From contig CAVZDU010000007.1 in the NCBI GenBank assembly GCA_963774265.1, positions 160,001-224,000 on the forward strand: a stretch of 64,000 nucleotides of DNA, in the 5' to 3' direction. This stretch comes from an uncultured Chloroflexia bacterium. Lineage in GTDB: Bacteria > Chloroflexota > Anaerolineae > CG2-30-64-16. The notes below the pieces were generated by a model. It worked only from the letters and a program-made list of their open reading frames with translations, had not been told where the DNA came from and did no database searches. How positions within the stretch are numbered: the first letter of the stretch is position 1; the number at the start of each line of letters is the position of its first letter. The translations under genes and the position numbers were made by a program. Of the stretch, positions 58,907 through 64,000 are shown one piece after another.

Positions 58907-59033
58907 CATGTGTTAGCCGGTCTCTCGCTAACCCCGGGCGCATCGGCCAAAGCCTCCAATGCAGCGACCATCCTACCCCTAGCCAAAGAAGTGCGGCGGC
59001 GGCTCGGGAGCCGCCTCTGCTCCAGGAGACCCT

Positions 59034-60029
59034 ATGCTCAGATACATCATCCAGCGCCTGCTCCTCCTGCCGTTCCTGGTGCTTCTTTTCTCGATCATCG
59101 TCTTCGGGCTCGTGCAGGCGCCGCCCGGCGACTTCCTCACCAGCTATATCGCGACGCTGGCCTCTTCAGGCTCATCCATGGACCAGGCCACAGGTCGACG
59201 CTCTCAAGGTGCAGTTTGGGGTCGACCAGCCATTCATGGTTCAATACGGCCGGTGGATAGGCGGTCTGTTACACGGCGATCTGGGTCGCTCACTGGAGTA
59301 CCAGCGCCAGAACTCGGAACTCATCGGTGACCGTTTGGTATTGACTATCGCTCTGGCGCTTTTCGCTTTCGTCATCACCTGGGCGATCGCCATCCCGGCG
59401 GGCATCTACTCGGCCACCCACCAGAATTCCTTCCTGGACTATGTGTTCACCGTCATCAACTATGTCGGCGTGGCTACGCCGAACTTCATGCTGGCGCTGG
59501 TGCTGATGTGGTTCGCATTCAGCAGCCTTGGCATCAGCATCACAGGGCTCTTCTCTCCCGCGTATGTCCAGGCGCCGTGGAGCTGGGCCCGCTTCGTCGA
59601 CCTGCTGAAACACATCTGGGTGCCCGCCATTGTGCTCGGCGTCGCGGGCACTGCCCGTCTGACCCGCGTGATGCCGCGCTAACCTGCTCGACGAGCTCAA
59701 CAAGCAATATGTCACCACCGCGCGCGCCAAGGGCCTCTCGGAATGGCGGCTCGTGATGAAGTATCCGGTGCGCCTGGCGTTCAACCCCCTGATCAGCACC
59801 GTCGGCTGGTACCTGCCCCAGCTCTTCTCGGGCAGCCTCATCGTCGCCACTGTTATGAACCTGCCTAATATCGGCCCGCTGCTGCTGCGGGCGCTTGCAG
59901 CAGCAGGATATGTACCTGGCCGGCAGCATCCTGCTGATTTACTGTCTGCTGACGATTATCGGCACGCTGATTTCGGATGTTCTCCTGGCGCTGGCCGATC
60001 CGCGCATCCGCATGGAGGGAGGCAACTGA
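59034..60029 (+). CDS. ABC permease OppB/DppB-like (three +1 frameshifts near 59191, 59674, 59894)
   Basis: MLRYIIQRLL, PPGDF, GDLGRS, RANLLDELNKQYVTTARAKGL, QDMYLAG, ADPRIR spread over successive frames. Confidence 0.85.
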
Positions 60030-60030
60030 C

Positions 60031-61177
60031 ATGACTGAAGCTCTCCCCAATGCATCCACTGTCGAGATTGGCACCGAAATCCAAGGCCGAGGATCGCGTT
60101 TCGGTTGCCTCCAACTGGAAACTCGTGTGGTGGCGGTTCCGCAAGAATCGCCTGGCGGTTGCCAGCGCCGTCGTTCTCATCATCTTTTACATGATCGTGC
60201 TGGTCCCGGACTTCTTCGCCACCCAGGACCCAGAGGCCACCGCTGCCCGGTTGGCCTTCATCCCGCCGCAGCGGCCTGCACTGATCACGGATGGCCGGCT
60301 GGGGCTGTCGGTGCCGTCCGTCGTCGGCGTCCGGAACAAGGTGACGCTGCGGATGGAGTGGACCACCGATCCCGAGCGCCGGATCTCCCTCGCGCTCTTC
60401 ACGCGGGGATATCAGTACGATGTGCTGGGCCTTTTCGAGGCGGACCTGCACCTGGTGGGTACGGCGGACCCCAACGCCACAGAGGGTGTGTACCTGCTGG
60501 GCACGGATCGTCTCGGGCGCGACCAATGGTCTCGCCTGATGTTCGGCACGCGCACATCGATGACGGTCGGCCTGATAGCGGTGATTCTCAGTGTCATCTT
60601 GGGCGTGCTGCTGGGCGGCATGTCGGGCTACTTCGGCGGCATCGCCGACCTGGTCATCCAGCGCGTCATCGAAATCCTGCAGTCGCTGCCGACCATCCCC
60701 ATCTGGCTCGCCATGACGGCCGCGCTGCCGCGCGATTGGCCGCCGACGCGCGTCTTCTTCGCCATCACCATCATCCTGGCGTTGATCGGCTGGACGACCC
60801 TGGCGCGCGAAGTACGCGGTCGCTTCCTGTCGTTGCGCGAGGAGGATTTCGTGCTGGCCGCCGAGCTTTCCGGCGCCAGCCGCTTCCGCATCATCACGCG
60901 CCACATGGTTCCGGCGTTCATGAGCCACATCATCGCCACCAGCACGCTCGCCATCCCCGTGATGATCATCAACGAGACGTCGCTGAGCTTCCTCGGGTTG
61001 GGCATTCGCCCGCCGGCCATCAGTTGGGGCGTGCTGCTGCAGGAGGCCCAGAACATCCAGACGGTGGCGCAGGCGCCGTGGCTGCTGATGCCCGGCGTGG
61101 CCGTCATCATTGCCGTGTTGGCGTTCAACCTTGTCGGCGACGGTCTGCGTGACGCCGCCGATCCCTATAGCCATTGA
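60031..61177 (+). CDS. ABC permease OppC/DppC-like (probable frameshift near 60081)
   Basis: WWRFRKNRLA, LGTDRLGRD, LSLREEDFVLAA, SLSFLGLG, GDGLRDAADP. ATG 60031 follows a GGAGG RBS. Confidence 0.88.
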
Positions 61178-61184
61178 GTTGCAT

Positions 61185-62239
61185 ATGAACCAACATACCG
61201 AACCGCTGCTGTCAATTCGAGATCTCAAAGTCCACTTCTTCATGGATGAAGGGGTGGTCAAGGCGGTGGATGGGATTTCGCTCGACGTCCACCCGGGGCA
61301 GGTGTTCGGCATCGTCGGCGAGAGCGGGTGCGGCAAGAGCGTGACCATGAAGGCCCTGCTGCGCATCGTCGAGCCGCCGGGACGCATCGTCGAGCGGCGA
61401 GATGCTGCTGCGCCGAACCGGCAAGGGCGGTGCAACCGAGGTGGTCGACCTGGCGAAGCTGGACGCCAAGGGGCGGAGATGCGGGAGGTCCGCGGCGGGC
61501 AGATCGCGCTGATCCCGCAGGAGCCGATGGCCGCGTTCAGCCCGGTTCACACGGTCGGCAACCAGATCATCGAAGCGATCCGGCTGCACCGCGATGTCAA
61601 CGAGCGCGAGGCGCGCAAGATCGCGCTCCAGCAGTTCAAAGACGTCGGCATTCCCGCACCGGAGCAGCGGCTGGATGCAATACTCATGGCAGACTGAGCG
61701 GCGGGTTGCGCCAGCGAGCGATGATCGCGATGGCGCTCTCGTGCAATCCGCTCATCCTCATCGCGGACGAGCCGACCACGGCCGTCGACGTGACGACCCA
61801 GGCGCAGGTGCTGCGCCTGTTGCGCCGGCTCCAGGAGGAGCGCAACTCGGCCATCATCTTCATCACCCACGACCTCGGCGTCATCGCGCAGATGGCCGAC
61901 TACGTCACGGTGATGTACCTGGGCCTGGTGATGGAACAGGGCCCGGTGGACCAGATTTTCCACAACCCCAAGCATCCCTACACGCAGGCGCTGTTGGAGT
62001 CGATTCCCAGCATCCACACCACGCCACGCGTGGACCTGCCCACGATCAGCGGCTCGATCCCGCATCCGTTCAACCGCCCGGCCGGGTGTCCCTTCCATCC
62101 GCGCTGTACGAAATTCATGCCCGGCATCTGCGATCAGCAGACCCCGGCGCTGCTGCCGGTCGGCGAGAAGCAGCTGGTGAGCTGCTTCCTGTATCACGGG
62201 CAACCTCAAGGGGTTGCCAGGGTGGAAGTGACGGCATGA
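61185..62239 (+). CDS. ABC ATP-binding protein OppD/DppD-like (frameshifted)
   Basis: [45 protein letters not shown], split between frames at about 61395-61470 and 61680. Confidence 0.85.
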
Positions 62240-63256
62240 CGAACGACCAACTCTCAGCCGCTGCTTGAAGTCAAGGACCTGCGCAAGTTCTTCCCGATCC
62301 GGAAAGGCTTCCTGCGCAAGACGGTCGGCTACGTGCGGGCCGTCGACGACATCAATTTCTTCATCAACGAAGGCGAGACGCTCGGGCTGGTGGGCGAGAG
62401 CGGCTGCGGCAAGACCACGGCCTCGCGCTGCATCCTGCGCGCGCTCGATCCCACGTCCGGGCAGATGCTCTTCCGCACCGGGAGCGGCGACGTCGTCGAC
62501 CTCGCCAGGCTCAACCGGGAGCAGTTGAAGCCGCTGCGCTCGCAGATGCAGATGATCTTCCAGGATCCCTACGGGTCGCTCAACCCCCGCATGACGCTGT
62601 TCGACATCGTCGGCGAGCCGCTGCTCATCGCCGGGATGCGCAACCGCAAGCAGCGTGAGGAACGGGTGGCGGAGCTGCTGCGCCTGGTCGGCCTGCGTCC
62701 CGAGTTCATGCAGCGCTTCCCGCACGCCTTCAGCGGCGGGCAACGCCAGCGCATCGGCATCGCCCGCGCCCTGGCCCTGAACCCGCGGCTGGTCGTCGCG
62801 GACGAGCCGGTCTCCGCGCTCGACGTCTCGGTCCAGGCGCAGACGCTGAACCTGCTGCTCGACCTGCAGAAGCGGCTGCATCTGACCTATCTGTTCGTTT
62901 CGCACAACCTGAGCGTGGTCAAGCACATCTGCGATCGCGTCACGGTGATGTATGTCGGCAAGATCGTCGAGACGGCTACGTCGCAGGAGCTGTTCGCCCG
63001 GCCACGGCACCCATACACGGCCGCGCTGCTGGCCGCGCTGCCCGTGGCCGACCCGCGCATCAAGACCGGCAACGTGGAGTTGCCCGGCGAGGTCGCCAGC
63101 CCCGCCCATCCGCCCTCGGGCTGCTACTTCCATCCGCGCTGCACCTACTGCATCGACCGCTGCAAGACCGAAGCGCCAGCCTATCGGGAAATCACGTCCG
63201 GCCACTACGCGGCCTGCCATCGCGCTGAGGAACTGAATCTGGCCGGCATGGCATGA
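62236..63256 (+). CDS. ABC ATP-binding protein OppF/DppF-like (frameshift near 62252)
   Basis: [56 protein letters not shown]. Confidence 0.88.
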
Positions 63257-64000
63257 GCATGATGACCTCGCGGGAACGCGTCCTGGCGGCGCTGCGCCAC
63301 CAGGAAGCCGACCGCGTGCCCATCGACCTGGGCGCGATGCGGTCGTCGGGCATCCAGGCCATCGCCTACAACCGGCTGAAGGCGCACCTCGGCATCGAAG
63401 GCGGCCAGACCATGCTGTACGACATCATGCAGCAACTGGCCCAGCCGGAGATGACCATCGTCGACCGCTTCCACCTCGACGCGCTGCCGCTGCCGCGTGC
63501 GGTGATCGGCCTCGACCCGGCCCGGCCGCGTTGGAAGCCGTGGCGCCTGCCCGACGGTTCGCCGGCGATCATCCCGGACGGCCTGGCGCAGACTGCCCCG
63601 GGACGACGGCGGGCTCGAGATACGCGATGAGGCCGGCCACATCCTCTATCGTATGCCGGCCGGAGGCTTGTATTACGAGCCGGTCTACGAGCCGCTGGCC
63701 CACGCCACCACATCGCTGAAATCGAGGCATGGCAGCCGCCGTCGATCTCCGATGCCGAGTTGGATTGGCTGGCCACCGAGGCTAAGCGCCTGCGTGCCAC
63801 GACTGACAAGGCCATCCTGGGCCTGACAGGGCTGAAGATCTACGAAGGGGCCCAGGGGGCGAGAGGCTGGCAGCGTTTCATGGAAGATCTGGCCGGGCAA
63901 CCTGCGCTGGCCGAGGCGCTGTTGCAGCGACTTGCCGATAGCGCTTGCGCCGATCTGGCGCGCTACCTCGATGCAGTGGGTGAATACATCGACATCGTGC
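63253..64000 (+). CDS. Uroporphyrinogen decarboxylase / MtaA-CmuA methyltransferase superfamily protein (partial, frameshifted)
   Basis: [25 protein letters not shown]-terminal signature. Continues through frameshifts (~63600, ~63715) to [12 protein letters not shown] at the window edge. Confidence 0.78.

Noticed and set aside
59034-63256. Programmed ribosomal frameshifting in the ABC genes
   Set aside because: Breaks are numerous, lack slippery heptamers and are best explained as sequence errors.
1-64000. tRNA (including tRNA-Sec), rRNA or known riboswitches
   Set aside because: No cloverleaf, rRNA-like or recognisable riboswitch consensus was found by eye in the intergenic regions. A covariance-model scan is needed to exclude them formally.

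Overview
GC-rich bacterial window, most likely from an anaerobic Chloroflexota (Anaerolineae/Caldilineae-like). This is inferred from a C-terminal VYLPLI motif, Pro/Ala/Thr-rich lipoprotein tethers and gene content. It holds about 50 genes: dinG and an rlmI-like methyltransferase, a cell-wall hydrolase cluster, a minus-strand run lplA-like / Mo-hydroxylase / non-Pyl mttB / ferredoxin / hypBA / MFS, ppk2, fbaA, a DUF5058-M20 cluster, uxuA-SDR, DUF362-polyferredoxin, GH5, acnX, gdh and a LacI-iolB-epimerase-ABC-UroD-family operon. There are three IS elements. An IS481-like element is nested in codon 15 of a Mutator/IS256-like transposase, with all ends and target duplications visible, and a single-ORF IS66 is intact. 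The strongest unexplained signal is a MerB-like organometal-lyase gene (43769-44443, minus strand). Its second catalytic Cys position is an in-frame TGA followed by a SECIS-like hairpin, so it is probably a selenoprotein that standard ORF calling splits in two. Many single-base frameshifts, densest after 57 kb, look like sequencing or assembly errors. No rRNA, tRNA or CRISPR array was seen. All family assignments come from motif recognition, not database searches.
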